From Trichoplax adhaerens (Eukaryota; Animalia; Placozoa), in assembly GCF_000150275.1 (NCBI RefSeq), contig NW_002060959.1, positions 618,371-682,370 of the forward strand: a stretch of 64,000 nt of DNA. The letters run 5' to 3'. Below are positions 41,745-56,241 of this stretch, one piece after another (positions within the stretch are counted from its first letter, which is position 1; the number at the start of each line of letters is the position of its first letter). The notes beneath the pieces are model-generated. The model made no database searches. It was given only the letters and a program-made list of their open reading frames with translations, and was not told the DNA's origin. The translations under genes were made by a program, and so were the position numbers.

Positions 41745-42702
41745 CTATCAGATCGCTGACTAACTAATATTATCCTCTTAAAAACTTGTTTGCTTTATGA
41801 TATATGGCAATCATAAATAACCGGGACAGGGGAACTACAGTAGGGTAACACTACGAATCGCATGAGAGCAATAGAACTAATAGTACCTACTGATGTGTAT
41901 CAATCACTAATACCTTCTCAATAATATTTACATAAACCCTGAAGATCATTTATTTCTACAGTATACCAATTCAAATTTCGTTAATTAACTTTCGTATTAG
42001 TATGTTTATCCGAATAAGGATTGTTACTATATATAGTAGTATTAATGCTTTGTTAAGGTTGGTAAGCAAAACTGTTAAATATACGTTTATGCTCAATTTG
42101 ATAATAAAGTTAACAGATAGTATTATTATTCGATATTATATATATCCCGGTAATAGTAATGTATTATGCTATATTAAGATTAGTTAATGGTACAAAGCAC
42201 ATTTTGATAACTAATGTACGGTGATGGACATACCAAGTTAAGATTAGCAGGTATTGTAAGATATCTGCAGAACGGTACAATGTCCTTAGTGCTGTGGTCA
42301 ATTCTATACCAATCATTATAATGTGTCTAAGGATCGCTTGCGTTTGCAAGCAAAGCTTGCTCTGTCAATAACAACCGTAATAAGAAAGTATAACAATCAA
42401 AATGGCTGTGTAGAAAACTCTATAAAGATTTGTGTTTATTCAATTTTCATCTGAGTATTACATCAAATCAAAATTGAAAGGCCCAGTTGCCACCCTTAGC
42501 GATATAACGAATACTATTTCAAAAATCAGTACTCTGCAGAAATGACTACCTTAGAGATATTCGTTTTACATGAAGAAATCTTGAGGTAAAAAGTACTGTA
42601 AGAATCTTATACTGACTTATTGAAATGAACCCATAATCAAAGTCATCTAACAGCAGTATAAATACCCCCGCGCTGCTCGTTTCAAGGGAGGGTGGGTGCG
42701 AT
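41745..42702 (+). repeat. Non-coding repeat D, copy 2 (probable internal 3' region of an LTR element)
   Basis: Homologous to 25341-26642; ends in a GC-rich tract plus PPT abutting a family B-like LTR. Confidence 0.8.
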
Positions 42703-43244
42703 GTTCTGATATAGCATTGGCTTTTTATGAGGCAGTGATATTTATAAAATTATATTGAAATTAATAGTTAAATAAGAGAATTTAGAACAATCTACTTGCA
42801 ATTTGAATCACTATAATTGTACCTAACTTAAGGTAGATTGTATATTATAATTATCAAGGTGATGTTCTGTGGTAAGACACAATGTAATATGACAAAGTTA
42901 TATTAATCATTAGATATCTCATATATTCGTAAATAATGTTATCCTCATTGGTAGCGATAGGTAAAATTAACTCGTGAATCATTGAAAGGCTATAAAGTAA
43001 TACTTTTAAGTAACTAGGCTCATAAGTTATTGTAGAAAAGTATATAACTCTTGTATACCGTATAATAAAAGAAACTTATGAAATTTGTATTTAACGAAAA
43101 TTACGAGGCGTCCAAGCCTTTGTATTATTAACCAGTAGAGAGAAAGTGCTCCAGATAGCGCACTAATTGTTCCCTAATACATGATTCATGGACTAGACTT
43201 GTTGATTATAATTTATGCTATCTCATTATGAGATGTTTATAGCA
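42697..43244 (+). mobile_element. Family B-related LTR preceded by a polypurine tract (probable 3' LTR)
   Basis: AAGGGAGGGTGGG directly before TGCGAT; body aligns loosely to family B. Confidence 0.65.
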
Positions 43245-46200
43245 CACTAATATCTAGTACTGATCAATGGCTTTTAGAATGAATTATCCAATTGAGGAAA
43301 CAGCTGTTATTACAGGGATTGATATAATTAATAAAACGTAATAACCGTAGACAACAATCTACTTTCATGGTAATAGGTTACTACGCGCTGTCAGGCTGTT
43401 CGCTTAAAATCATTCAAAATTGCTGCCATTTAATAAAATATGATCATGATCTTGCACGTAATATTACGACAAATCACCAGCGTTACCAAGCATCTGTTTT
43501 CCCATGTCAATTTTTTTCTATGGTTTATTATAATGAAGTCATAATAGTAAGAAAAACAGAACGTCTGGGATAGTAAACGGTGAAAATGTATCATAAATTT
43601 TCTATAAGCCCCGTTTAGTCATTAGTTACAGAGAATATTGTAATACCTATAGCTCTTTTTAGAATTATACTGTAATAGGTTCAATTTAGTATTTAAAGCA
43701 CTGCTTCTTTGGTAAGTAATCTTCTTAAAGTTAAAATTTTAATTGTTATATTCCAGCTTTAGCTTGATATATATCGATTTTGCTGGCAATAGCGTACGAA
43801 AGTATCAGGAACTATTTAATCAATTTAAATAAATTATGGATTGGCAATCATTGTTAGCTGGAATAATGAAACTTACGATATAATTATATAGCCGAGAACC
43901 GTTACTTGTACATCTTCATATTATTTCATACCCGTACATTTACTATGATTTGAGACTGGGGAATTACTAATCCAGATACTGAGTTTAGTAAGATTTTCAA
44001 TATATATGATAAGCTTTTATGGATTATCTATATCTTGAAATCTTTTAATAAAGAAATTACTACCACAATCTATCACTATCATTATAAATCGTTGTACTAT
44101 GCCAGTTTTTTATTGGATGTAGTATTCTATACAATGAATATTAATTTATGTTTAAAGTTCCAATAGTGTGAATCTACCAATAACTATAATATAACAATAA
44201 AAGGTATACTTCAGGTAGATGATATTATTCAATAGATCAATATGCCAAAGAACTGATAGTAAAGTAAATTTAATAACCAAATTTTGGAACTACTTTTCCA
44301 TTCTAATTTTTGGAATTGTTTTAGAGAAATTTTGTTTTAACTATTTAATTGATGACTTTACCGCAATTTCTACAACTAGTGTGAATATAGTATGTGTTAC
44401 GATTCTTAGGTTCACTACATTGTTTTCTTTGGTAGCAAAGTATCATATGCACGATTAGTTAGTCATGTAGCATTGTTATGTAAATCTTTAAGGATATAAT
44501 TGTGTTATGGTTGTACAGTTTACAGTACGCACAAGAGTATCACAGATAGCACTGATATGAGATGGAATGCATCGGAAATACTAGGAAAACATATTATATA
44601 TAAGATGGCGATATTAGAAATGAAAAGCGTATTGAACACATACATTTAGACGAAGTCTAAACATTTTAACAGTATGACTGGAGTTAGTGCGGAGCGATAG
44701 TAACCATATTAGGTTTTCCTATAACATTATATTCCATTAAATTTAATTGCAATATATTCTTTCAAACATGAACAATAAATTTCCTATTTATAATTTGCAC
44801 GTAAAATTTTATAAAATAATCTGTCAACTGATCTATGCTGTTGAATGAAATCCCTTTTTTCTGTCATTTTTTCTAGTTTTTATCGAAATTAATGAAAATG
44901 CTTCTTAATTATTAATATTCGACTTCTCTTAATTATACTTAATCTTGAATAGCTGTTTATTAGACTCGAACAGAATTTCTATTTGTTGCAAAATACCCAG
45001 CACTTCACTCGGTTTTGTTTATTTCTGTATGAAAGATTATATCATATGAACAGTCGAGTATTAACTTGAATATGCTCAAAGTTCATAGTCGACCATTTGT
45101 TGTAGACTTTATTCCCATTCATCAATGATAAGATGTTCTTTTGTCAACTTCTATACGTGACTGTAATGTCATTACATAATACCTTATTTTGATATTTTGT
45201 GCAACGTGAATGACTAGTGCATATACGTGTAAATTATACTCAGACTTTGGGTTACCCTGTAATTGTCGTGCTTAAGGGGTGAAGATTCTTCTTATTGGGT
45301 AGTTACTTACTGTGATAGTACAAATGTTAGAACCTTATTGTTGACTTATTTTATGAAAATGTCAGTGTCTAGCTATGGTTTGTATGAGATATTATAATTT
45401 ATATGAACTTTAAGACTTAAATATTATAGTACTTTAATGTCTGCTGTCTCAGGGTACATATTTGTAGTGCAGCGATAGATAACGTGGCAATATAATTTGA
45501 CTAGAATATTGCTAGAGGTCGGAAAAAGTCTAGAAGCCAAAAGGAATCGGAGAAAACCCATTGAAAGTTAGAGAGGATAGTAACTATTGAAATATTTTAA
45601 TCCAATCATTTCTTAAGTAGAGAAATAAAATTCCCTTGACTAAGCTATCGAATAGTCTTCCAAATTATTTTGAAATCAGAACCCAGCTAGCTTAGTTAAG
45701 CAGTATCGAGTTTCTTTACAGTGACTTTATCCTTATTAGCTAAATTGCCAATAAAATTAAAATAAGATGATATCGAAAAAAAAATCGCCATTACTCATGG
45801 CTTGAAGATAGCACACAAACAAGATATAGAGAAATCTTCCTATCTCTTTCTCTATTACTTAAGTTATGTTATTGTCGAGATTTTTTAGCAATGGTGATAA
45901 ATATATTAATATTGAAATACTTGATCGCCAGACGTGGCCAATAAAATTCAATAAAACTATTCTTTATTTTATTTGAACATAAGAAGAATTTAGGAAGTGG
46001 CCGTCAAAGACTACTCAATAGGAATACAAACTGAAAAGTGCCGTCACCAATAACGAAGTAAACACTTATCATTGCTTTTAACATTTCATATATCACCATT
46101 TATAAACTATCTATACTACTGATTGTAGAGCTACTTACCAAATATTAATTAAAAAAATATACCAGACGGATAATGCGCTTCATCGCTTTTGTACTATGAA

Positions 46201-47035
46201 ATCAATATAGCACACGTATAAATACCGTAAATAACTAGATCCATGGGCCAGTTATTAATTTTACAGATCTTATTAACAACTTAGCTATCAAGCTAAGAGA
46301 AAAGATAAACAGGGTGAGTGATAATATTGTATTTTCTGATTGCGCAGCGCTAATATTTTAAATTTGGCATTAATACTATGATAACTAAAACCTATCATTA
46401 AATTATTAAAGCACAACGTGATTCTTAAGTTTGTTGAATTATTCAAATATCTCCGAGAATCGAAACAGTTAGATCTACAGTTCCATTAGTGATAATACTT
46501 GAAAATCTTAATGTTAGCGTCAATTTTTTACTATCTACATGATCTATTAAGATGTCAACGCAGTCTCAACGGCATCATTCGATATCTGGATTATATTTTT
46601 ATGGTCACTATCGTGATTGGCTACATACGCTAGTTCTTTTATTTTACTAAATTAAATGATATACTTATAAATATAGAGTCTATAATAGAGAGAAATATAG
46701 GCAAGGCTCCATATATTTTATCACATCTAATGGAATTTTTGAATCGAATAATTAATTTTCTATTGATTCATATATAATAAATCCTTGAGTATTTTATTTT
46801 GCGCTGCTAATATAGTAATCAACTGATAAAATATATTAATGAGTATACAAGTTGTATATAAGCAAATATAAAAAATAAATTCATAATTGTGTTGATTACT
46901 TCGAAAATAAATGCCGTCATGTTTAGGAATTGCAACAATAATGTACAACGTGTATTACTACAAATCGATTTTCCCTTTTAAACGAACTGAATAAAACGTC
47001 GGTAGTACTTTATTGAACACTATCGTTGAATTTAA

Positions 47036-47172
47036 NNNNNNNNNNNNNNNNNNNNNNNNNNNNNNNNNNNNNNNNNNNNNNNNNNNNNNNNNNNNNNNNN
47101 NNNNNNNNNNNNNNNNNNNNNNNNNNNNNNNNNNNNNNNNNNNNNNNNNNNNNNNNNNNNNNNNNNNNNNNN
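47036..47172. other. Assembly gap (137 N)
   Basis: Run of N. Confidence 1.
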
Positions 47173-48637
47173 AATATGACGTATGTGTTCTTTAAAGGAT
47201 ATTATCAATGTTATAGTAGTAAAATATCTTAAAAACTCAGGTGCCTCAGCTTAATTATTTTTTAACGATTTACTAGCAAATTACATACAGCATTAAGTAT
47301 TTTTTTGAAGCAAAATCAAATCTAATACCTGCTACTGTTAAAAATCATCTAATTCTTAAATAAAGATTTGATTAAAGCCTCAATAAGTTTACATTAAAAA
47401 TTACATAACTTCAAAAATATTTTCATTAACAAACAATTTTAATTTTTGTGGATATCTTACGTCAAACACATTGAATGAATTTAAAAATTTAACCGATTTA
47501 AAGATACTTAGATAGATATAAATAATGTGCTAACAAATTGCGTGGTTAGATCATTTTCATTCGAATTAATTTTCTATGTATTAATTTCATAACAACAACT
47601 TCATTTCAGCACATATGTTCTGCTATATGCTCGTGAATATGAATTTTAAAGCATGGCTCCGATAATATTTTAAATTTTAAATTAATCCACAATTGCGGTA
47701 ATATGAAGCTGCAAGACCGATGAAGTGGTCTTAGAAACTAAAATCTTTAGTAGGAAAACAGTATTTAATTCAAGTTAACAATACTCGCAATTCTAACGGT
47801 TATAACATTTTCAATTTAGCGATATACACTAAAGAGCAGAATATTCTACTCGATTTTAAGATTAGCTGTTGTAACTTATGGTCTTGAAGCGGCACATTAT
47901 TATTTACATAACTCATTGCTTATTACGTAATAGTTGTAGATATGCGTCGATACCCTACGGGAACTGCACGCGTGAACCGATAATTCAGTCTTTGACGTCA
48001 CGAAGTTATTCTTCGCTAATTGAGAAGAATTTCGTTCAGGAGGCAACCAAACGCAATATTCGTGTATAGGACGTAGCTTTGAAAGCTATAAATGACCTTT
48101 TGACAATTTGCTTACGTATTTTGGTCGTAAAATCATGATATAAATCACTACCATCTGAACATTTTTTATCCATTTATTGTTTCTGGTTCTTTTTAATGAT
48201 ATTTGATCTACGACTTACATTGCCAAGAAAAGATAGAATGCAAGGCTAGAATTTCGGAAGCATATGTTTCCTGAGGCTCTCACCTGACTATTAAATACTT
48301 ATTAAAAAGTGTAATTAGCACTTAAACAACGGGTAAATTGGCAGGTGGTTCCCATGGAGTGATTCTCTACTGATTTATATGTGACTGTATATACGTGTTA
48401 CTACCTTGGAACTGTGAAAATTTGGAACAATACTTTTATCACTTCTTCTGAATTATCCCTTATAACCCATAATTAATAATTTATCGATAATAGCTACGTA
48501 AGATATAATAAAAATAATTATCGCATCGTAGGATTAAATCATGCAGTACGTAATAATTAGGTTCGTAAGTACTAACTTATTTGATGGCTTACAAATGCCA
48601 CTCCCTTAAAGCACAGGTGAGGATATATTGCAATAAA

Positions 48638-49203
48638 TGTGATATATAACGATCACGAAATTCCAGATTTTAGAAAAATAAGGACTTCATTGAATCTTAT
48701 ACAAAGATTAACTACACACAGTTCTACTCTAGCCGGATACTACTACTAAAGACTTCTAGAATGAACTAACTGAATAATCTAAAGTTGTATGCTTTATACT
48801 TTTCGTAGCATTCGCAGCTATAATCCACATGGCAACCTTTTATCTTATTTTACACATGGTTAAAATATTCTTAGTAACACCATGCTACTGCGGACCATCA
48901 TTAATCCGATCCGATATGAATAAGACTACAGTATTTACGTAGACATTGTTCACACCAGCCAGAGTACAATAAATTAACCATATCCTAATATATGATTTAC
49001 AGTTCTAGTTTTACCTATAGCCTTATTAGTAACTCAACACCTTACTGTATATAGTTATCTGTACTCTAGCATAGAGTCTATACCACTACAGTCTATGGTT
49101 ATGGCTACCAAATATCTCTTAGGATAAATATGGAAGTTGCGCTACCGTACATTATACTAAACATGGCTAACAGTCTACAATCACAATACTAAGTTACATT
49201 CCA
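48638..49203 (-). mobile_element. Solo LTR family A
   Basis: Reverse complement of family A with small insertions; TSD degenerate. Confidence 0.82.
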
Positions 49204-50915
49204 ATGAGCTAAAGGATGTGACTAATGGGCAAGTTAGTATGCAATGACTAGCCACATTTTACGCAGATATTCAGAATAAGGCTACAGTATAAAATCGGAA
49301 TGGTATACAATGACCTAAGTTGTAGAAATGAATGTTTATGAGAGATTGCGAAAAGTAGGCAGATACAAATGCTATGATTTTTATATACCGTTTTTAATAT
49401 TTCAGTTTGCCTGCTACTACCGTACATTTAAGGCTATTAGTTTATTTGACAAATACTATTATTGAACATTTGTGCTTGTTAAATGTATTTGCAAACGCTT
49501 AATCTCAAGAATGCCATTGATAACAACACATATTTTAAATAGAATCACCGTAAATTTTAGGTACAGGACAGAAAGTATAATTCAAATCTGTGTCCATCAT
49601 GCATGGGAAAGATTACAGTATGCTAGTCATTTTAAGTATCAAAAACGACTCTTGTAATGCACTGTTACGCAGCTGATGCTCCTCGGTTATGGCTAGTATT
49701 TATTTGCGAGTATCAAATGACTTTGCTAATTAGTACCTAAGATTAAGAAATTAACGTCATTTGATTAGAAATACTGTTGAAGATTATTATGTACTTAGGG
49801 AATCTCTTAAAGTTAATCAAAGATTAAGTAGAGTAAGTAGACCAGTTTAGGTTCGATCACAAAACTGGTTTGCGATATGTACTTATTACACATAAAATGG
49901 CGCTTTATAAAGGAAATGAAGCTGCAATGATACGGCAGGTTGTATTAGAAAAGAAGGAATCTGTCAATAGTAATGACAATTTTTAGCCACTATCATAAAC
50001 TGAGAATTCTTCTGATTCACACTCTCGAAGAAATGCTAATCTAGGTATTAAAGGTAGAATCTAATAGTATTCCTAGAGATTTTTATCTTTCTAATTAGAG
50101 TTCTTAGAGACAGATATAGAACAAAACTTCAACAGAGCAACTGCATTCACAATATGATAATATCATGCACATGATTCAATGCACATTACCTCATATCAGA
50201 AACAATCCCATTAACCTGTCACGATAAAATGAAGCTTTTACTGTAGTGAACTATTTTTAAAAGCATGATCATGAAATCTCGTAAACATAGTTCATTATAT
50301 CACGAAAAGGTACAATAAAATATTAGAGACGAAAGGAATCCTCTATTATATTTATTCTAACTTATTCTTTAAATTTATTTGGTATTTTTAACGAATTAAG
50401 TACTACTGAAAATTATACTGCTAAGTAAACGTTAGCTTTCGTATCTATTTGGTTTTCAATAATAACATCTCAGCATCTCAGAATTTCAAACTAAACTCAC
50501 AGGATGTTTACCAATGTTCTTATCTATATTTTAGAAGAGAATATAATTTAAATAATACAGCAAGTATTTCGCTAAACAATACATCTTATGTATGAAAGTC
50601 AATGCCACCTTTACGCTACTAGTAATGAAAAAATGTAACATACATATGCCTAGCGTTTACAGCTTAAAAATCATACCTAAAAAGTTTCTAAAATATTGGT
50701 ATGAAATACAATTTAAATACTGCATTTATTCTCCTACCTATACAATAGCAAGGTACATTATATCTTTAACAGAAATTATTTAAAATAAAATATCGACTTC
50801 AAATTGTGTGTTTTGTAATGTAGAAATAAGGAGATAAGGCTAAGCAGTAAAACACATCAAATTGATAATCTTAATAATCTAGTAAATCTTTCTCCATATT
50901 TTCATTAATCGGTAC

Positions 50916-53900
50916 CTAAGTTCTGTTTTAGTGGTGGAACTCTTTCAACAAGTGAGCATTGGAAGACATTTTTCTGAGTTTGTAGGCTTCTCTTCATTTC
51001 TCCAATATATTCTATATTATCTGAAAAAATTTTAGCAAAAAATTATAAGCAATACAAAAACGGAGGCATATTACTAATTTGCATGTACTGTACAATGTAC
51101 TACTTTACCCTACCCGAATTATTCTAGTAATAGCATCGAGTAAACCATCCTGATAATTCTTGTATCTTTCTGTTAGTTCATCAGTGTATTAAGCGATCTA
51201 TGAAGTAATTGGGAAAACTTTGTATCCCGTCATTGAAAGTAATTCAATCAAAATACGTGTTTAGATTATATAATTTAATGTATGCCTTTTGTACTTATAA
51301 TAATTTCAGATGAAGACTTATTGTAGACTTTTGAAATAACAATAGTCTGTGCTAGACTAGCTGATAGCTGGCATTAATATTATTAATATTAGTATTTACA
51401 AGCATGAAGCTTTATTGTCAGCAATAACTTCAATTATGCGCTAGGGTAAAATAATGTGATTGCCTTGAATTGATTATACCTGTAAAGTACCTTAAAAAGA
51501 AACACTGTCACAATGGCAGCTGATGTTAATTTAGATGTCCAGTTCAATAGATGCTAGAGATACTACCGCCCATTCTGTAAAACTCAATTCTAAATGAATC
51601 TTTCATTCTTCTAATTTACTTCCTTCTCTGTTTCGCCAATTTTAAATCTTACCAAATAATTTTAGTCAACTGTTATCGAGTATTTGGCAGTAAGAAATTG
51701 AAACAGAAAGTTTCAATTATTTCTAGACGGCTACGTTACGTCAATTAATAAAAGACCATTTATACCACTATTTATCTGTAAACTCTGTTACTTAAGGGAG
51801 AGTACAGATGCTTTTGTAAGATAGAAGTCTGTCATGCTATCATTATCTAATACAAGAATTGTATTACGAAAAGTAATGATTACTTTCGATCTTAAAATTC
51901 GAAAGTTATTGAGAGAAATTGATTGTTAACTGATTAGTATTCAATTTTAAGTATAGAATTAACATTAATTGCTAATGTAATCGCTTGTTTGAATTATCTT
52001 TGCTTATTCCATCTATTAAGCAAAATAACTGCGACGCAATTTCGCGTACTCATGTAATTTTTTCATTGCTAGTTTTTATTCTGATTTACGGAACCTTCTA
52101 ATTTGCACGGAAGTACCAGCAGCACTCACTTCTATATGGTGCCGCAATTCGGCGTCACTAGCTGACTCCGTTAAAAGACTGCATCTAAGCACGGTCTCAA
52201 AGATAACTCTCGTTTTTCTCTTTCTTTAACGATCTATAATTATACTTAATACAATAAAGATTCTCTTATCGTGTTTAGAATATTAAGTTACCTTAATAAT
52301 GATAAATTTAGTTTAGTATCGTTTTAAATAAAGATTAATAGGCTCAACCAACGGAAATTGCGAAATATGTCCATTCACTGCTTATTACATTTAGATTAAA
52401 GAACCGTTTCTGAATAGAAATACAAAGTTACCTATAGTAAGAGAAATATTTATGTGCTGTCCTTTTCAATTTAATGGATGTAACATAATTCTAGCAGTAG
52501 ACTTAACTGCTTTGGTATAAGTCATCAATACAATTGATAATAGACGAATCACAATTGATCAATTATATTAAATCGTTAATTTTAATTATTATTTCGAGTG
52601 TGCTTTTAGCCCATGCAGTACGTAGTATTTATTGCAAGACTAACTAATTGCTGGTTATAAATTCATGATGACACTATCTGCACCATCACATATTTGAAGA
52701 AATCAAGTACAAATTTGGAGTGAAGAGCCAATTGATCAAAATGATTTTAGTAATAAAATTTAGGGACGTTGATACACAACGCTATTGTTTCTCCTCCATT
52801 ACCACTAAAATAGTACTTTAAATAGATGCATTAATAATAATTTAAACTAAGCTTGAACATTACTTACTATTCCCTCTAAATCCAGTTGTAGAAGTTGTCG
52901 TGACAGCAATATAAAGAATAAGTGTTGTTTCAATTTAATCAGATATTCAGTAAAAATAATATACATCAAAGAATCTATTCGCATCTGATAATAATTTAAA
53001 TTAAATCTCAGCACACATACCGGTGACAGTTGTTGTAGTCTCATATTATATAATTTGGTCGTGCGTACTGTAGTTTCCATTAGTAATGGTATAAGGACTT
53101 TTATTAATTCAGGATAATAACCTATATTAATTCCAGAGGTGAAAAATTCGTTCAAATGTTATATTTTGCAAAATGTAAATTACTTTTTGCAGTACTCTCA
53201 ACAAGCTTGGGTTCAGTTACCGTCGCACTATATTATTTTTCTCAGACAATATTAGCCTAAAAATTGTTGACTGCCAATTAACAGAACCGCGATATATTAC
53301 CTTGAATTGTGTGTGCATAGGCACAGCCATGTGCCGTAGCAGGAATTAGATTTGGCGATTGGAATAATACCAGTATGTTAGCCATTAAGTTGTACTCTTA
53401 AAATAGCTTAATTCTATCAATAAATCGAAGTATTTAGCTTTAGGTTAATTTACCTTGTATTATTAATTAGATTTATCTAATTCAGTAAAATAATTATCTT
53501 AGCCTTGACAAGATTTGATTCAGTACAAAATATATTTTTTATCAAATTATTTTTATTTGTATAAAATTTCAAGGATAGAATTATGGTTTGCACTAATTGC
53601 AGGGAAAATGGACTATCGTTATGAGACATTTAATTTAAAATGATAAGTTAATTATAAATTTGTATTATCATTTAAGAATTTGAATACTATTGAATTGTTG
53701 ACGACCTCGAAATTTGACATTTGGCAGGATGTACGCGTACAACATATATTTACTTGAAACTACTTTGACAAATTAATAGATTTTATAGTAGCTTTTTCTC
53801 TTTCGCTTAAGTGCTCCTAACAACTGAACATACTAGAAATGATTGCATCAGCCAGTATATCACATCAATTAAAAGCATTGCATACATAACAAATTTATTT

Positions 53901-54516
53901 AAACGACACTAGAAATACTATTTCAAGTCTACAGTACTCTCATTAATTAATTTTTAATAGCTCAAAGTGTGAAATCAATAGTTCAATTCAATTATCGTAC
54001 AAATAATACTCTTCATTCTTATGTATTCAGTTTTATATTAAATTCTAATATAGCATCAGATTAATGAATTACTTAACAATAATTTAATATTTATAATTGT
54101 TCTAATATTAAAAAAGGCCAAAGACGGAAGCTACAATGACTTTAGCATTAATGTCTGACCAATATTACTAAGAAGAATATCATTAATAACTTGAACAGGA
54201 GTTTGATAGCTATCTACAAGTATATTCAAATAAAGAGTTTTTCTTGGTTCTTAAGTCTTTTCTATCGTCACCTTGTTCACCTTGCTGTTTTACTTTTAAT
54301 AATAAATATTTGATAGAGTTATACTGAAGTTTATATATTTATCGCCCAATCTGGTATATTTTATTCTACTCTATCATCGTTACCTTTAAGCTATTTGCTT
54401 TACTAACTCGACTACAATTAGAAAAATGAGCTAATAGACTCAATATATCGCCTTGTACTTTTCATTCCTTTTATTACTACTCATGTTTTCTATAGCTAAC
54501 TAGACTTACCTTTCAT
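50916..54516 (-). pseudogene. Possible decayed multi-exon gene on the minus strand, unknown family
   Basis: Clean 105-nt exon-like block 51020-50916 (TTTTTTCAG|..NIEYIGEMKRSLQTQKNVFQCSLVERVPPLKQNL..|GTAC). Donors GTAAGT after 52868 and 54510 (ATGAAAG|GTAAGT) and GTGAGT near 52130. Intervening coding-like blocks carry stops or frameshifts. Confidence 0.3.
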
Positions 54517-56137
54517 AAATTTTTGAAAAATATCTAAAGAAAAGTAAATGAAACATATTAAAATATTATAATATGTAGTAGTCATTATACCTTTACTATA
54601 GTTATAATCAGTTTAACTTGTCTAATACTTATTTCTTTTCAACATAATCAGCATTCTAGTTGAAACTAATACAATTAAACGTAATTTTACTTCAACTGTA
54701 AATGATGCCATAGAATTAAAGTTTTCATTCATATTTCTATCATTTTTATTTTCTATACCGTTAGTATTTACTTTTTTTGATGACAATATGTACATTCTTA
54801 AAACAAATGATACATTAAAATAAACCCAACCTATTTTTTAACTGATTAATGTAAATGCTATAAATTGTCGGCAAGTGATAGCTATTTTCATACAGGTTTA
54901 TAGCCCACCTGCTTATAATTTCAATCTAAAATTAATTTCCGCTTTTAATAACAGTTTGATGTTATTTTTGAATAAACTCAAGATAATCGGTCTATATTTG
55001 GATTTAAATTTATCCTACAAGCGGAAGTAAAATGCCGTTGCTAAAATGTTTGCAACTATCTACTTTGCACAATGATATAATTTATTGCACTAAAGTTGTC
55101 CACTTCAATAATAAGGTGTGGTGTGTTCACCTTCATTATTTTAAAATTTCAATATCGTCAGTTCTTTCTACTATTATCTTGTACCAATATAATAATGATT
55201 TTATGTCAATTAAGAAATAGCTTTAGAGTATTAATATATCTATTATATATTAAAATACAATTTCTTATTTTACGATAAGGTTGTACTACATATAAATCAT
55301 CACTATTATCTTATAATACTATTTTTATTAATATAAATATTATCTATCAAACAATCGGCCTATGCAATTGCGAGGTTTTAATTGACATCTTTACATTCAA
55401 TTAACGTTATTGAAATTGCTATATTCCAACACAACTAATTAATAGTTCCTAAATGTGATTAACGATAACGATTAGAAAGAGACCAGTATGCATAACTTGT
55501 AATAAATGTTTTCAATGACGATCACTATTTTAATTAAAAATTATACGAAAGCATTGTTGGTAAGCACTTAATTTAATTAATTGTCGTAATTGTTGGAGCT
55601 TAATTTCACAAAAAATGATAGATTCCTGTTTCAATTAAAAATCTACGATAGTCTTTAGCTGGTAACTTACGGTAACAGTCTCTACTAGTAAATTACTGAT
55701 TACAGTATCCATTTAAGAATTTGCCAGAACTAATTATTAACAATTTATCTTGTGCTTATCTAATTATCTACTGTCATAGTACTGCAATACAAACTAATCC
55801 AACCAAAGCAACTGCAATTCTTTCATACGTAAGAGTATAAATCCAGAATATATATAGACTTGATCTGAATAGGTACATTTGCAGTTCGTTCTGAAGCACA
55901 CGAATACTTGATAGTTTCTTTCACTTAGCTTATAGACTAAAATATCCTGTATTGAAGCTTATAAGTAATGCATATAACAATGGAATGATGAGCTAGCATC
56001 CTGTTTATCAACCATCAAATTTCAGCGACCAATCACTTCCTTAGCGATTCTAGCAACTTTTGTTATTAAAGTGATTCTAGTGCCTATAATATTAGGAGTA
56101 CTATTGAAGTGTTAACAGTATGGTAGATGCAGCTAAC

Positions 56138-56153
56138 CCAATTGCTATATAAA
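56138..56153 (+). promoter_or_regulatory. Candidate CCAAT/TATA promoter of paralog 4
   Basis: CCAAT then TATATAAA; the TATA starts 96 nt upstream of ATG 56242. Confidence 0.5.
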
Positions 56154-56241
56154 TCCAGCGGTTATCATTAATCCAGTTATCACAATTATTTCTTAGTTGC
56201 TACATAAAGGACGAAATCACCAAATTGTCAAACTAAGAAAC

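Noticed and set aside
43367-43573. ORF containing LARNITTN, resembling the family LRNITYN motif
   Set aside because: No G-[IL]-[LI]-D motif, no matching splice sites or neighbouring exons; likely chance.
47013-47232. ORFs spanning the N-run
   Set aside because: Artefacts of the assembly gap.
47878-48069. GC-richer 63-aa ORF
   Set aside because: No recognisable motif or partner exons; cannot be supported as a gene.
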